A stretch of 64,000 nucleotides of DNA, from positions 32,332 through 96,331 of the forward strand of contig JAUWOR010000007.1 of NCBI GenBank assembly GCA_030612025.1. Reading direction: 5' to 3'. Positions 1 through 10,791 of this stretch are shown piece by piece. The position numbers were made by a program, and so were the translations under genes. Each line of letters starts with the position of its first letter. The stretch's first letter is position 1. This DNA is from Dehalococcoidia bacterium. GTDB lineage: Bacteria; Chloroflexota; Dehalococcoidia; GIF9; AB-539-J10. The notes beneath the pieces were generated by a model that searched no databases, was not told the origin of the DNA, and worked only from the letters and a program-made list of their open reading frames with translations.

Positions 1-274
1 CCGTGGCTACACCAGCAATGTTACCATTCCCTACCGTACCGGTTATAGCTACTGTTAAGGATTGAAAAGGAGTAATATCTCCTTTGGTCGCTTCACCCTT
101 TTCTTTCCCTCTCCAACCACTGAAGAACATTTTTATTGAATAACCAAGCTTGCTAAACTGCCTTCCGGCAATTCTAGCCGTGATATACAAGCCTGTTCCC
201 ACCAACACGACCATCATTGGTGGCCCCCACACAATTCCATTAAACCAGCCTAATGCCGCCATTATGGCTTCCAT
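1..274 (-). CDS. Alanine/glycine:cation symporter (AGCS family), N-terminal part, runs off window
   Basis: Manual translation MEAIMAALGWFNGIVWGPPMMVVLVGTGLYIT...GDITPFQSLTVAITGTVGNGNIAGVAT; GTVGxGNIAGVA motif; GGAGG RBS upstream. Confidence 0.9.
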   Translation of the reverse strand, partial: MEAIMAALGWFNGIVWGPPMMVVLVGTGLYITARIAGRQFSKLGYSIKMFFSGWRGKEKGEATKGDITPFQSLTVAITGTVGNGNIAGVAT

Positions 275-479
275 ATAACACCTCCTTTTGTTTACTATGT
301 AATACTATAGTATCAACAAGGGGTAAATTTTGTCAATAGTTTTGTGGACTTTACCATAATTTTTTGCAGTTGCCCCATTTCACCTTTGGCTATATTGTTT
401 ATTTTGTCATCGCCCTTGACAGTTGAGATTGATTGAGCAATAATCCTTTAATTCATTTTGCGGTAAATAGGAGGTCCGG

Positions 480-890
480 ATGAAAAGTAAATTGAGCTGG
501 CAGCTATTTTTATTGCCAGGATTAATTCTTATACTAATGAGCTCGCTTGTGGCTTGTAGTGAGGCTATACGGGGACCTGTTATAGGCTTCGACCCATCAA
601 GCCTTAGCTTCGCTGCTGAAGAAGGAAGGCAAAATCCACCAAGCCAGACTTTAGAAATCAGGAACGCTGGCATAGGAGCTATGCCTTGGGCAGTAGCAGT
701 GAGTAGTGATGCCGCATGGCTCAGCCTTAGTCCACCTATTGGAACTTCGTCTAGCGAAATTGATAAGGTAACCGTAACAGTAGATATCTCAGGAATGAGC
801 ACTGGCGATTATTCCGCCACCATTACTATCACGGCTGAAAAGGCACCAAATACCCCTCAGACAGTGCCAGTAGACCTAAGCATTGGTTGA
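480..890 (+). CDS. Lipoprotein with BACON/Ig-like domain
   Basis: Lipobox LVAC; PSSLSF, WLSLSP, G-Y-ATITIT pattern. Confidence 0.8.
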   Translation: MKSKLSWQLFLLPGLILILMSSLVACSEAIRGPVIGFDPSSLSFAAEEGRQNPPSQTLEIRNAGIGAMPWAVAVSSDAAWLSLSPPIGTSSSEIDKVTVTVDISGMSTGDYSATITITAEKAPNTPQTVPVDLSIG

Positions 891-939
891 TTTCAGTGAT
901 GCGACCAGTAGCTGGGGTGCTTTGCTGACAAAAGCCCTT

Positions 940-1182
940 TTGTTTTCTATCGACGAGCCATCCCTTGGCTTAGCTCCAAACCTAGTTGTCTTTCTGTTTC
1001 ACACTATTAAGTCCTTAAATGACGAAGGCTTGACTATATTAATCGTCGAACAACATATTCCTCAAGTCTTACAAATAGCTGACAGGGCCTATATCTTGGA
1101 GAATGGCTCTATAGTATTAGAAGGGGCTGCTGAAGAAGTATTTAACAATGAGCGTATTAAAACGGCTTACCTGGGTTTATGA
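940..1182 (+). pseudogene. C-terminal fragment of branched-chain amino acid ABC ATPase (LivF-like)
   Basis: DEPSLGLAP, ILIVEQH, AYLG; Walker A half missing. Confidence 0.8.
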
Positions 1183-1220
1183 TAATATTAAGTCAAATTT
1201 ATTAAACAGGAGGTGATTTT

Positions 1221-1988
1221 ATGTCAGCTTTACTTTTGCAAGAGATGAAATGGCCAGAGGTAAAGGATTACCTAGCTAAGGATGACAGGGTAATTATACC
1301 TGTTGGCAGTACAGAGCAGCATGGTTGTTGGTTGCCTATGGGCACTGATACCTTTACTGCAATATCTTTGGCTGAGGATGCTAGTGAGAAAACAGGAGTC
1401 ATGGTTACTCCACCAAATTGGTTTGGATGGTCACCGCACCATATGGCATTACCGGGAACCATAAGCATAAGGCCTGAGATTCTTATAGAGCTTTTATATG
1501 ATGAAATAGAATCCTTAGCGAAACACGGGTTCAAGAACTTCCTCACTATAAATGGACATAGAATAGTCAACTTGATATGGATGCAAATTGCTGCTGAGAG
1601 AGCCCAAAGAAAGCTTGGTGTTAAAGTTGTTATTTTTGACCCTGCTTATATGCAAAAGGAGCTTGCCGATAAGTTAGGATTTGGGGCTATAGGACACGCT
1701 GAAGAATCAGAAGGTTCACAGATGATGTATAAATATTCAGACTTAGTTGATATAAGCAAAGCAAGGGATTATGTCCTAGGAGAGGCGAAGTTGTATCATA
1801 TAGACCCAAGGGACCGCAGAGATACTTTGTGCTATGTTCCTAGTACAGAGGAAGCCACGAGAAAAATTGCGGAAATCTCTGGTGGCCCCATCGGACATCC
1901 TTCACAAGCCTCTACAGAAAAAGGAAAGAAGCTTCATGAGCATTTAGTCTCAAGACTTGTTGAAGTGATAGAGCAATTGAAGAAATAA
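1221..1988 (+). CDS. Creatininase/creatinine amidohydrolase family protein
   Basis: PVGSTEQHG, GTD, SPHH..PGTIS, NGH, GHAEE motifs. Confidence 0.9.
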   Translation: MSALLLQEMKWPEVKDYLAKDDRVIIPVGSTEQHGCWLPMGTDTFTAISLAEDASEKTGVMVTPPNWFGWSPHHMALPGTISIRPEILIELLYDEIESLAKHGFKNFLTINGHRIVNLIWMQIAAERAQRKLGVKVVIFDPAYMQKELADKLGFGAIGHAEESEGSQMMYKYSDLVDISKARDYVLGEAKLYHIDPRDRRDTLCYVPSTEEATRKIAEISGGPIGHPSQASTEKGKKLHEHLVSRLVEVIEQLKK

Positions 1989-2027
1989 TCTCTTGAGTTA
2001 GAAGAGAAAGTTTAATTAAAGGTGCTC

Positions 2028-2105
2028 GTGAAAAGAATTTTAGTCACAGGAGCCTGTGGTCAGATTGGCTCGGAGCTCACATTGGCTTTGCGGGAAAGAA
2101 AATAA
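2028..2105 (+). pseudogene. N-terminal stub of NAD-dependent epimerase / L-threonine 3-dehydrogenase-like SDR
   Basis: MKRILVTGACGQIGSELTLALRERK* (Rossmann TGAxGQIG), truncated. Confidence 0.7.
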
Positions 2106-2203
2106 GGTTCCAGACTTGTGCTGAGCACACTAAATACGATGTAGATTATGTGCTTGAAGTTCTGGATGAGTATAAAGGGATACATTGATAATCCAGTATA
2201 TAT

Positions 2204-3361
2204 TTATAGTAACCTTTCCCCTAACATAGACTTGATTTTGTAAGGTTTCCCATCCTTAATAAAGAGTTTAGGGACGCGCCTTTTATCCACCATACACACA
2301 ACTTCATTAACAATAGTTTCAATTCTTTCGGCAGTCTCCTCTACACCTTGATTTCCGCACAAGGTCACTTCTTCTCCTATCGCAACGCCAGGGATATGGG
2401 TAACATCTATCATAGTTTGGTCCATGCAAACTCGTCCTATTACCGGAGCTTTGCTTCCTCTAATTAAAACTTCACTATTATTAGAGAGGAGGCGAGAGTA
2501 ACCATCAGCATAACCTACTGGTAAAGTAGCTACTAAAGTCTCAGAAGTGGTAGTATAGGTTCTGCCATAACCAACACTTTTGCCGGCTGGTAATTTTTTG
2601 AGATAAACAATTCTGGTCTTGAGTTTTAAAGCCGGTTTTAATTTTATTACCCTCTTAACTTCAGCAGAAGGATATAATCCGTAAATAATAATTCCCGGCC
2701 TTACCATATCTAAATTCATGTGAGGTAAGTCAAGGATAGCGGCGCTATTAGCGACATGTTTTAATGGTATTTTTATACCTTTCTTTTCTAAGGTGTTTAA
2801 TACGGTGGTAAATTTTTCAAACTGTTCTTCAGTATAGCTTTTATCCTTTTCATCTGCTACGGGAAAATGGGTGAATATACCCTCTATCTGGATATTTTTC
2901 ATAGCTTGTACTCTTTGGACAAAATTCAAAGCATCTTCAGGGAATACTCCTATCCTTCCCATTCCTGTATCCACTTTTATATGAACTTTAGCTACCTTAT
3001 TCATCTTAATTGCTAATTGAGAAAGGAACTCTACCATTTCAATGTCACAAACTGCTGGAGTAAGGTCATATAAAAGCAACGCCTCTGCCTGTTCTTTTGG
3101 AGTGAGACCAAGAATCAAAATAGGAGCTTTGATATTAGCCCGGCGCAACTCTACTCCTTCATCCAGCCGAGCCACAGCCAAGTAAGATGCACCATTCTTT
3201 AACAACACATGGGCCACTTCTGAAGCATCATGTCCATAAGCGTTAGCTTTTACCGTGGCCATAATTTTTACTTTTTCCCCAAGTAACCCCCTAATCGCTT
3301 TAATGTTGCTAACTATGGCATCCAGGTCAATTTCCGCCCAGATAGGTCCTAAATTCTGCAT
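2204..3361 (-). CDS. alr: Alanine racemase
   Basis: VKANAYGH PLP lysine, KVDTGMGRIG, GYADG, GRVCMDQ. Confidence 0.97.
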   Translation of the reverse strand: MQNLGPIWAEIDLDAIVSNIKAIRGLLGEKVKIMATVKANAYGHDASEVAHVLLKNGASYLAVARLDEGVELRRANIKAPILILGLTPKEQAEALLLYDLTPAVCDIEMVEFLSQLAIKMNKVAKVHIKVDTGMGRIGVFPEDALNFVQRVQAMKNIQIEGIFTHFPVADEKDKSYTEEQFEKFTTVLNTLEKKGIKIPLKHVANSAAILDLPHMNLDMVRPGIIIYGLYPSAEVKRVIKLKPALKLKTRIVYLKKLPAGKSVGYGRTYTTTSETLVATLPVGYADGYSRLLSNNSEVLIRGSKAPVIGRVCMDQTMIDVTHIPGVAIGEEVTLCGNQGVEETAERIETIVNEVVCMVDKRRVPKLFIKDGKPYKIKSMLGERLL

Positions 3362-3479
3362 AGCAAACCCCCTCTAATTAGTAACCTTTCGTGCTATAAT
3401 AATTTATATACTACTATAATTTACAGCAATTAAAAATTGCAATATGTGTCTTCGAAATAGAACTAACTAAAAAGAAAGG

Positions 3480-3611
3480 AGGGCGATTAAAAATGTAGTT
3501 GCCCAATTTATTGGGCGACTGTGCCTGATAAATCAGGCAACTACAAAAATTTGGCGGTGAGGCATCTCTAGAATGCTCAAAATTGAACGAGAAGGTGAAA
3601 TTAAACAGCCT
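3480..3611. repeat. MITE-like element, family A copy 1, with internal GTAG...CTAC REP-like double hairpin
   Basis: Ends agggcgattaa / ttaaacagcct; gtagttgcccaatttattgggc..gcctgataaatcaggcaactac; homologous to 10792-10979 and 19731-19860. Confidence 0.8.
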
Positions 3612-3637
3612 AAAGAAAGGAAGGAGGTAAGTTAAAG

Positions 3638-4876
3638 ATGGGGTACGAAAATTTGAAAAGAGGTGACAAGGTGGTTTATGCCACAATGCTGAAGGAGATA
3701 GAGAGAGTAAACACTGGTCTTGAATTGATACCTTCAGAGAATTTTCCTAGCGAAGCAACTCTTGAAGCGCTTGGCTCTGTTTTCAATGACAAGTATTCCG
3801 AGGGATATCCAGGTAAGAGATACTACGGGGGGAATAAGTTTATCGATGTTATCGAGAATCTAGCTATTGAAAGAGCAAAGAAGTTATTTGGAGCAGAGCA
3901 TGTAAATGTCCAGCCATACTCCGGCAGTCCAGCTAACATGGAAGTTTATCTTGCTTTGATGAATCCTGGAGATACCTTTATGGGAATGAAATTGGACCAG
4001 GGAGGACATTTAACTCATGGGCATAAGGTAAGTTTCACTGGTAAGCTATTCAATGCGGTTCAATATGGAGTAAATAAAGAGACGGAGCTATTAGATTATG
4101 ACGAAATCAGAAAAACTGCTCTAGAGGTAAGACCCAAAATGATTGTTTGCGGGGCCACTGCTTATCCGCGTGAGATTGATTTCAAGGCATTTCATGAGAT
4201 AGCAGCGGAAGTCGGAGCTATTTCCATGGCTGATATTGCTCATATTGCCGGGCTTATTGTTGGTGGTGTCCATCAATCACCCTTTCCTTACATAGACGTG
4301 GTAACAACAACGACACATAAAACTCTTAGAGGCCCAAGAGGAGCAATGATAATGTGCAAAGAGAGATTTGCTAAAGATATAGACGAAACAGTTTTCCCTG
4401 GGATGCAGGGAGGACCACATGACCATGTTACAGCAGCAATGGCTGTTGCTTTTGGCGAAGCTCTAAAGCCGGAGTTTAAAAATTATGCCAGACAGATTAT
4501 GAAAAATGCCAGAGCATTAGCGGAATCCTTAATGGAAAATGGTTTTAGGTTAGTAACTGGAGGGACTGATAACCATTTAATCCTTGTTGATTTGCGGAGT
4601 AAAGGTGTTACCGGGAAAGAGGCGGAGACAGCCTTAGATATTGCTGGTATAACCGTAAACAAAAATACGATTCCATTCGATCCAAGAAAACCTTTTGATC
4701 CCAGTGGCATAAGATTGGGAACACCGACGGTAACAACCAGAGGAATGAGGGAAGCAGAGATGAAACAGATTGGAAATTTTATAACCGCGGCAATAGACGC
4801 GAAAGACAATCGGGAAAAGTTAGAAAAAATCCAACAGGAGGTTAAAGCATTATGTCAGCCATTCCCTGTATATTGA
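3638..4876 (+). CDS. glyA: Serine hydroxymethyltransferase
   Basis: [33 protein letters not shown]. Confidence 0.98.
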   Translation: MGYENLKRGDKVVYATMLKEIERVNTGLELIPSENFPSEATLEALGSVFNDKYSEGYPGKRYYGGNKFIDVIENLAIERAKKLFGAEHVNVQPYSGSPANMEVYLALMNPGDTFMGMKLDQGGHLTHGHKVSFTGKLFNAVQYGVNKETELLDYDEIRKTALEVRPKMIVCGATAYPREIDFKAFHEIAAEVGAISMADIAHIAGLIVGGVHQSPFPYIDVVTTTTHKTLRGPRGAMIMCKERFAKDIDETVFPGMQGGPHDHVTAAMAVAFGEALKPEFKNYARQIMKNARALAESLMENGFRLVTGGTDNHLILVDLRSKGVTGKEAETALDIAGITVNKNTIPFDPRKPFDPSGIRLGTPTVTTRGMREAEMKQIGNFITAAIDAKDNREKLEKIQQEVKALCQPFPVY

Positions 4877-4922
4877 TGCTGGCCCTAATCTATTTAAGCC
4901 TCAGAAATTATTAGGAGGTAAA

Positions 4923-5966
4923 GTGAAAGATTGGGAAATGCGAGGAAAAGTTGCTCAGCATGTGTTTGAAACAATAGGTTCTACACCATTGGTAAAACTC
5001 AATAAGGTAAGTCAAGGGATAAATGCTGATATTCTGGGGAAATTGGAGTGGTTTTCTCCCACTGGTTCGCTGAAGGATAGAATCTATTATCAGATGATTA
5101 CGCAAGCAATAAAAAATCAGGAACTAAAACCGGGTATGGAAATTTTAGAAACTTCTACTGGCAATGCTGGAATTGCTTGTGCCTTCGTAGGTGGTTTATT
5201 AGGTTATCCGGTAACGATTATTCTTCCTGATGGAATGAGTGCTGAGAGAGCAAAAATTATGCAAGCATATGGAGCAAAGGTTATCTATACTCCGGGCGCA
5301 GAATCAGACGTAGACCTCTGCCTAATAAAGCAGGAAGAAATTATAAGAGAAAACCCTGGGAAATATTGGGTGCCTAGTCAATACACTAACCAAAACAATG
5401 TTGTGGCCCATTACCTTACTACTGGCCCTGAAATTTGGGAACAAACGGAGGGTAAGGTGGATGCCTTTTTAGTTACTCAGGGAACAGGGGGGACAATTAG
5501 TGGGGTGGGAAGGTATTTGAGGGAGAGAAATCCTAAGATTTTGCTTTATGCTGGTGAGCCGTCTGAAGCACCAATGTTGGCCAGAAGAAAATGGGGCTCC
5601 CATCGGATCGAAGGTATCGGTGATGGGTTTGTTCCTCGAAATTTGGATGCGAGTTTACTCAATGGCGTCTTTCTAGTCACTTCGGAAGAAGCTATTGAAA
5701 TGGGGAAGAAACTAGCTCGGGAGGAAGGCTTATTTTGTGGGATTTCTTCTGGGGCAAATGTAGTCGGGGCCATTAAATTAGCTAAACGACATCCAGAACT
5801 TAAGGTAATCGTTACTCTGATTAACGATACAGGGCAGCGTTATTTCTCTACCCCATTATGTGGCGTTGAAAAGCACATTGAAATTCCAGAGAGGGAGCAC
5901 CCATTTGATGATTATACTATTGCAGAACTTGATAAATACCAATCAGGTTGGGAGATTATAGAGTGA
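4923..5966 (+). CDS. PLP-dependent cysteine synthase family protein
   Basis: IGSTPLV, SPTGSLKDR, TSTGNAG, GTGGT, IEGIG. Confidence 0.9.
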   Translation: MKDWEMRGKVAQHVFETIGSTPLVKLNKVSQGINADILGKLEWFSPTGSLKDRIYYQMITQAIKNQELKPGMEILETSTGNAGIACAFVGGLLGYPVTIILPDGMSAERAKIMQAYGAKVIYTPGAESDVDLCLIKQEEIIRENPGKYWVPSQYTNQNNVVAHYLTTGPEIWEQTEGKVDAFLVTQGTGGTISGVGRYLRERNPKILLYAGEPSEAPMLARRKWGSHRIEGIGDGFVPRNLDASLLNGVFLVTSEEAIEMGKKLAREEGLFCGISSGANVVGAIKLAKRHPELKVIVTLINDTGQRYFSTPLCGVEKHIEIPEREHPFDDYTIAELDKYQSGWEIIE

Positions 5967-6041
5967 GAAAAAGTTCTAACTTCTGTGGAAGACGTGCTAG
6001 GATAATAACTATTTAAAGTGTTTCAAAGTCAAGGAGGAGCA

Positions 6042-7310
6042 ATGGAACCGGGTATAGAAGGCGAGGTTCTCAAACTTATTGAAAAAAGGCGAGATGCAAT
6101 CGTTGAATTTCTGAGAGAATTAATATCTTTTCCTAGTGTGACAGGGGATGAGCTTGAAATTCAGAAGTTTACTGCTCGCAATCTTGAAAGTATGGGTCTT
6201 GTAGTTGACAAGTGGGAGCCTGATCATGAGAAGCTGAAGAAACATCCTGCCTATGTACCGGTTGAATATGGATACGCAAATCGCCCGAATGTGGTTGGAA
6301 CATATAAAGGGACAGAAGGTGGGAAGTCTTTGCTTCTCAACGGTCATGTTGATGTTGTCCCTCCAGGGCCTTTAGATGCTTGGGAGCACCAACCATGGTC
6401 GGGAGATGTTGTGGGGAATCGGTTATATGGAAGAGGGGCTTCAGATATGAAAAGTGGTCTGGCTGCAATGACAATGGCTCTTGATAGCTTAATACGTTTG
6501 GATATTAGCTTGAGAGGAGATGTAATTCTTGAATATGTGGTGGATGAAGAGCTGAGTGGGAATGGAACATTGGACTGTGTAATGAAAGGATATCATACTG
6601 ATGCCGGTATTTGTTGTGAGAGTAGCAGCCTTCATGTTCAGCCAGCTTGCCTAGGGAGGATCTGGTTTGAAATCTCTGTTCGGGGGAAACCAGCGGGGAT
6701 CCAGAGAAGATGGGAAGGGGTAAATGCGATAGAGAAGGGATACGCAATTGTGCAGGTTGTTTCAAACCTTGAAGATATTAGGATCAATGAAGTGAGCCAC
6801 CCTCTTTACCCTGAAAATCGAAGTGCGATCCCTTGCATGGTTGGTATGTTTCAATCTGGATCCTTTGCTAGTTCATTTCCTGATACTTGCTTGCTCAAAG
6901 GGAGTATCGCTTCTCTGCCTGGGGAAAACACAAATGAAGTAAAACAAAGTCTTGTTGAACAGATCTCGACTTTTTCAAAAACAGATCCTTGGCTCAAGGA
7001 CAACCCACCTGAAGTTAAATTTGTTGGCTATTGTGGTGAGCCTGCTGAAATACCTCCGGATCATCCTATTGTCCGTACCCTAGCTCGAAGATTTGCCTTT
7101 GTTACTGGTAAACAGCCTCAGATCACCGGAAGGCAAGGAGCGGCTGATACCAGATATCTCATAAAATACGGCAATACACCGACAGTAATTTTTGGACCAG
7201 GTTTGACAGAACAGATGCATGCTACTAATGAGTGGGTAGATATTGATTATCTGGTTACTGCTACCAAGGTCTTGGCCTTATCTATCATGGACTGGTGTGG
7301 CTATGAATAG
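6042..7310 (+). CDS. ArgE/DapE family M20 deacylase
   Basis: LLNGHVDVVP, GRGASDMK, DEE, HATNEW; ATG after GGAGG RBS. Confidence 0.92.
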   Translation: MEPGIEGEVLKLIEKRRDAIVEFLRELISFPSVTGDELEIQKFTARNLESMGLVVDKWEPDHEKLKKHPAYVPVEYGYANRPNVVGTYKGTEGGKSLLLNGHVDVVPPGPLDAWEHQPWSGDVVGNRLYGRGASDMKSGLAAMTMALDSLIRLDISLRGDVILEYVVDEELSGNGTLDCVMKGYHTDAGICCESSSLHVQPACLGRIWFEISVRGKPAGIQRRWEGVNAIEKGYAIVQVVSNLEDIRINEVSHPLYPENRSAIPCMVGMFQSGSFASSFPDTCLLKGSIASLPGENTNEVKQSLVEQISTFSKTDPWLKDNPPEVKFVGYCGEPAEIPPDHPIVRTLARRFAFVTGKQPQITGRQGAADTRYLIKYGNTPTVIFGPGLTEQMHATNEWVDIDYLVTATKVLALSIMDWCGYE

Positions 7311-7319
7311 AGATAGCCA

Positions 7320-7531
7320 TAGTAACTACTTCAAGCAAGGCAACTCCTAACCTAGCAGCACCATTTTTTAAAGCTACCCGGGATACTTCCACAGCATCAT
7401 GCCCATAGGCATTTGCCTTGACAATTGGCCATAATTTCGCAATTTTTGCCTACCACCTTCTTTATCATGCTAACATTATGGCCTACGGCATCAAGGTCAA
7501 TCTCTAGCCATGCCAACCCCTGGTTCTGCAT
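7320..7531 (-). pseudogene. alr: Second alanine racemase, N-terminal fragment with frameshift
   Basis: MQNQGLAWLEIDLDAVGHNV.. then out of frame VKANAYGHDAVEVSRVALKNGA; truncated; left boundary approximate. Confidence 0.85.
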
Positions 7532-7553
7532 TTATGCCCCTCCTCTTATTATC

Positions 7554-7765
7554 AGGGCTGTTTAATTTTGCCTCAGCTTCAAAATCTACCCCGTGTAGTA
7601 ATCTTCGCTACTACACAGGGCAGGTTCATCTTATCCAGTTTTAATAATCTTCACCCCAAAGATTCTCGTAGTGCGACCCTTTAGGGTCGTGCACGAGGCT
7701 ACCCCGTGTAGTAATCTTCGCTACTACACAGGGCCGAAGCCTCGCACTACATTTTTAAACACCCT
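7554..7765. repeat. MITE-like element, family B copy 1, containing two inserted 34-bp hairpins (7588-7621, 7701-7734)
   Basis: Ends agggctgtttaa / tttaaacaccct; reverse-complement homolog without the inserts at 59778-59917. Confidence 0.8.
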
Positions 7766-7769
7766 TTTA

Positions 7770-9164
7770 TTATCCTCTGTCAGACAAACCCTTGATAAGC
7801 CTATCAAGGGTTTCCTTGGCATCTCCCCACAGTAAAATAGCGTGTTTTTCTTTATAGAGAGGATTTTCTACTCCAGAGTAGCCAGGTCTTTCATCGAGAT
7901 TACAGACCAATATGTTTTCTGCCTCAAAAACTTTCAGTATAGGCATGCCAGAGATAGGAGTTCCGGCAACTCTAATAGCAGATGGATTTACTACATCACA
8001 GGCGCCTACTGTCACCGCCACGTCTGTATTCTTAAAATCCTCATTTATAGCATCCATTTCCAGGAGTTTATCATAAGGAACCCCAGCCTCGGCTAATAAA
8101 ACATTCATATGCCCTGGCATTCTTCCCGCTACAGGATGAATGGCAAACCTTACCCTAGCCCCCCTTGCTTCCAGGATTTCTGCCAGCTCCCACACCTTGA
8201 ATTGAGCTTGAGAAAGTGCCATTCCGTAACCAGGGGCAATAATGACTTCATCAGCCTCTTTTAGAATTTTCAAAGAAAAACTGAATTTGTCCTCTTCCGT
8301 CATTTCAGCTTCTTTTTTCAATTGCAAGGAATCCGGTTCCAGCCTCTTACCGCTCACTGGTGTGACTCCCAGCCCCAGAAAAACATTTGCTAAATTTCTG
8401 TTCATCGCCCGACACATTTTTTGGCTGAGTAAAATTCCCGAGGCTCCAACCATTGCCCCGCAAGCTACCAATAAAGGATTTTGCGTTACAAAACCACACA
8501 AAGAGGCAGCTAGCCCTGATAAAGCATTTAAAAAACAAATAACAACAGGCATATCCGCTCCACCTATCCGAATAGTAAAGATTACTCCTAGAGCAAGGGC
8601 GAAAGGTAACAAAATTATACCGTAGAGTAAGAAAGAGGTAAATCTTAGGTAGACGGCAAAAGCCCAATAGAGAATCAGGAGAAGAGCTATTCCTGAAGTT
8701 AGCCAGGAATGGTGAGGCAGGATTACTGGTTGTTGTTTCACTTTCCCACTTAGTTTACCGACAGCTATTAGGCTGCCGCTAAAGGTAAAAGAGCCCACAA
8801 TGACCGCCCAGCCGCATATATACATATTCGCAGTTGTTGCCGGGTTTGCTGTCTCGGCTAGAGAAACCAGGCAAGAGGCAGCCCCCCCACATCCGTTTAG
8901 AAAAGCAACTAACTGGGGCATTTGAATCATCTTTACCTGGATGGCAAGCGCAGCTCCTATTATGCTGCCAATGAGAAGAGCTACTGCCACAGAGCCAACG
9001 CCTAATAATTCCTGCTGAGCTAAAATTAATACAATCGCGGCTAACATAGCTATAGCAGCAATAATATTTCCCCAGCGCGCATATTCAGGGGAACTGAGAA
9101 GTCTTATCCCGGAGATTACTGCTACAGCAACAATTAGATAAAGATAAAAAATAGTAGAAGGCAA
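7770..9164 (-). CDS. pntB: NAD(P) transhydrogenase subunit beta
   Basis: IGGADMPVV, PGYGMA, IHPVAGRMPGHMNVLLAEA. Confidence 0.97.
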   Translation of the reverse strand: MPSTIFYLYLIVAVAVISGIRLLSSPEYARWGNIIAAIAMLAAIVLILAQQELLGVGSVAVALLIGSIIGAALAIQVKMIQMPQLVAFLNGCGGAASCLVSLAETANPATTANMYICGWAVIVGSFTFSGSLIAVGKLSGKVKQQPVILPHHSWLTSGIALLLILYWAFAVYLRFTSFLLYGIILLPFALALGVIFTIRIGGADMPVVICFLNALSGLAASLCGFVTQNPLLVACGAMVGASGILLSQKMCRAMNRNLANVFLGLGVTPVSGKRLEPDSLQLKKEAEMTEEDKFSFSLKILKEADEVIIAPGYGMALSQAQFKVWELAEILEARGARVRFAIHPVAGRMPGHMNVLLAEAGVPYDKLLEMDAINEDFKNTDVAVTVGACDVVNPSAIRVAGTPISGMPILKVFEAENILVCNLDERPGYSGVENPLYKEKHAILLWGDAKETLDRLIKGLSDRG

Positions 9165-9168
9165 CGCT

Positions 9169-9450
9169 TTATTCTTTCCCCTTGCTTTTTCCTTTTTTAA
9201 ACATAGCTAGCATTCTTCCAGTGACAAGAAAACCACCAACCACGTTTACCATTGCCAGAACTATGGCTACCATGGCTAAGGATTTGCTGGAGGTAGTGGC
9301 AGCAACAGCAACAGCTATGAGAGCACCTAAAACTGTGACTCCTGAAATAGCATTGGTTCCAGACATCAATGGAGTATGCAGCAGGGAAGGTACTTTGGTA
9401 ATAACCCAGTATCCTATAAGGCCCGAAAGAATAAAGACAAGAACAAGCAT
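9169..9450 (-). CDS. pntAB: NAD(P) transhydrogenase subunit alpha part 2
   Basis: LHTPLMSGTNAISG, NVVGGFLVT.RML. Confidence 0.95.
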   Translation of the reverse strand: MLVLVFILSGLIGYWVITKVPSLLHTPLMSGTNAISGVTVLGALIAVAVAATTSSKSLAMVAIVLAMVNVVGGFLVTGRMLAMFKKGKSKGKE

Positions 9451-9484
9451 AGATTTTAGCTTTAAATTATAGTTCTCTCAGGGT

Positions 9485-10663
9485 TTATTTAACTTCCTCC
9501 ATAGCCTTTAAAGTGCCCTGGTGAACTATTTTCCCATCAATGGTAACCAAAGCTTTTTTAACAATCTCATCTTCTTGGTCTATCTTGAGTTCCTTAGCTT
9601 TAATCAGCGAATCAAGAAAGTTAGAAATATTGGTAGCATAAAGCCTGGTAGAATCCCTAGGCATCCTACCAGGTATGTTTGCTATCCCACTTATGAGGAC
9701 ATCGTGTTCCCATATCTGCTTTCCGTGTTGAGTGAGACTACAATTCCCCCCTTGATCTATAGCCACATCACAGATGATGGAACCCTTTTTCATTCCTGTT
9801 ATCATTTCTCTAGTAATGAAAACTGGAGCTCTTTCACCAGGAATCAAGGCAGCGCTTATCACTATGTCAGACTCCTCAACCAGGGGTACTAGAGCCTCTT
9901 TCTCTTTTTCTAGCCACTCCTCAGGCAAAGCTTTAGCGTATCCTCCTTCCCCTATGGCTAAATCTGGAGGAACATCAAATCCGACAACTTTCGCCCCAAG
10001 ACTAGCTGCTTGCTCCCGGGCATCAGGTCGAATATCTACAGCAGAAACAACCCCTCCTAATCTTTTAGCCGTAGCTATAGCCTGAAGTCCTACTATACCC
10101 GTCCCGATTATCAAAAATTTGGCTGGTTCTATCATACCAATGGCAGTCATGGTCATAGGAATAAACTTAGGAAAACAATTAGCCGCCATTATAGCTGACT
10201 TATATCCGGCAACTGTGCTCATCGAGGTTAAAGCATCCATCTTCTGAGCTCGAGTTATTCTGGGAATGCTATCCATGGTGAAAGAAATTATTTTTCTATC
10301 CCTAATCTTTTTGACCATCTCGTGATTGGTAGGAGAAGCAGGATGGAGAAAAGAAATAAGGACGGTGTTTTCCTTCATCATATCAATTTCGTGCTTATTT
10401 TTTTCGTGATTATATAAGGGCTCTTTAACCTTTAAAATTACGTTGGCCCTATCATAAAGGGCTTCCACATCATCTATGATTTCAGCCCCGGCTATCCTGT
10501 ATTCCTCATTCCCAAAAAGGGCACCTTCTCCAGCCGATTTTTCTACCAGCACCTTGATTCCCATTTCTACATACTTCTTGCAAGTAGAAGGGATTGCTGA
10601 TACTCTTTTTTCACCCTCCATTATCTCTTTTGGTATTCCCAGCACAATCTCTTTTGAATACAC
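9485..10663 (-). CDS. pntAA: NAD(P) transhydrogenase subunit alpha part 1
   Basis: GIPKE, PRITRAQ, GGYAK, ALIPG.AP, GGNC. Confidence 0.95.
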   Translation of the reverse strand: MYSKEIVLGIPKEIMEGEKRVSAIPSTCKKYVEMGIKVLVEKSAGEGALFGNEEYRIAGAEIIDDVEALYDRANVILKVKEPLYNHEKNKHEIDMMKENTVLISFLHPASPTNHEMVKKIRDRKIISFTMDSIPRITRAQKMDALTSMSTVAGYKSAIMAANCFPKFIPMTMTAIGMIEPAKFLIIGTGIVGLQAIATAKRLGGVVSAVDIRPDAREQAASLGAKVVGFDVPPDLAIGEGGYAKALPEEWLEKEKEALVPLVEESDIVISAALIPGERAPVFITREMITGMKKGSIICDVAIDQGGNCSLTQHGKQIWEHDVLISGIANIPGRMPRDSTRLYATNISNFLDSLIKAKELKIDQEDEIVKKALVTIDGKIVHQGTLKAMEEVK

Positions 10664-10791
10664 CTTCTACCTCCTTTTGCGTCAATTTTTACAATTATAT
10701 ACCCCGATGGCAGTAAATTCTAGGCTCTATTGGCTCTATACTGAATTTTGTAGAAAATGGTAAGGTGGTAAGAACCACAGAGACAAAAAGG

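Noticed and set aside
275-480. Glycine or other riboswitch upstream of the AGCS transporter
   Set aside because: No recognisable aptamer motif; only AT-rich divergent promoter sequence
3414-3686. Short ORFs over repeats (also 10695-11013, 30243-30579)
   Set aside because: They are translations of MITE/REP or tRNA-fragment DNA
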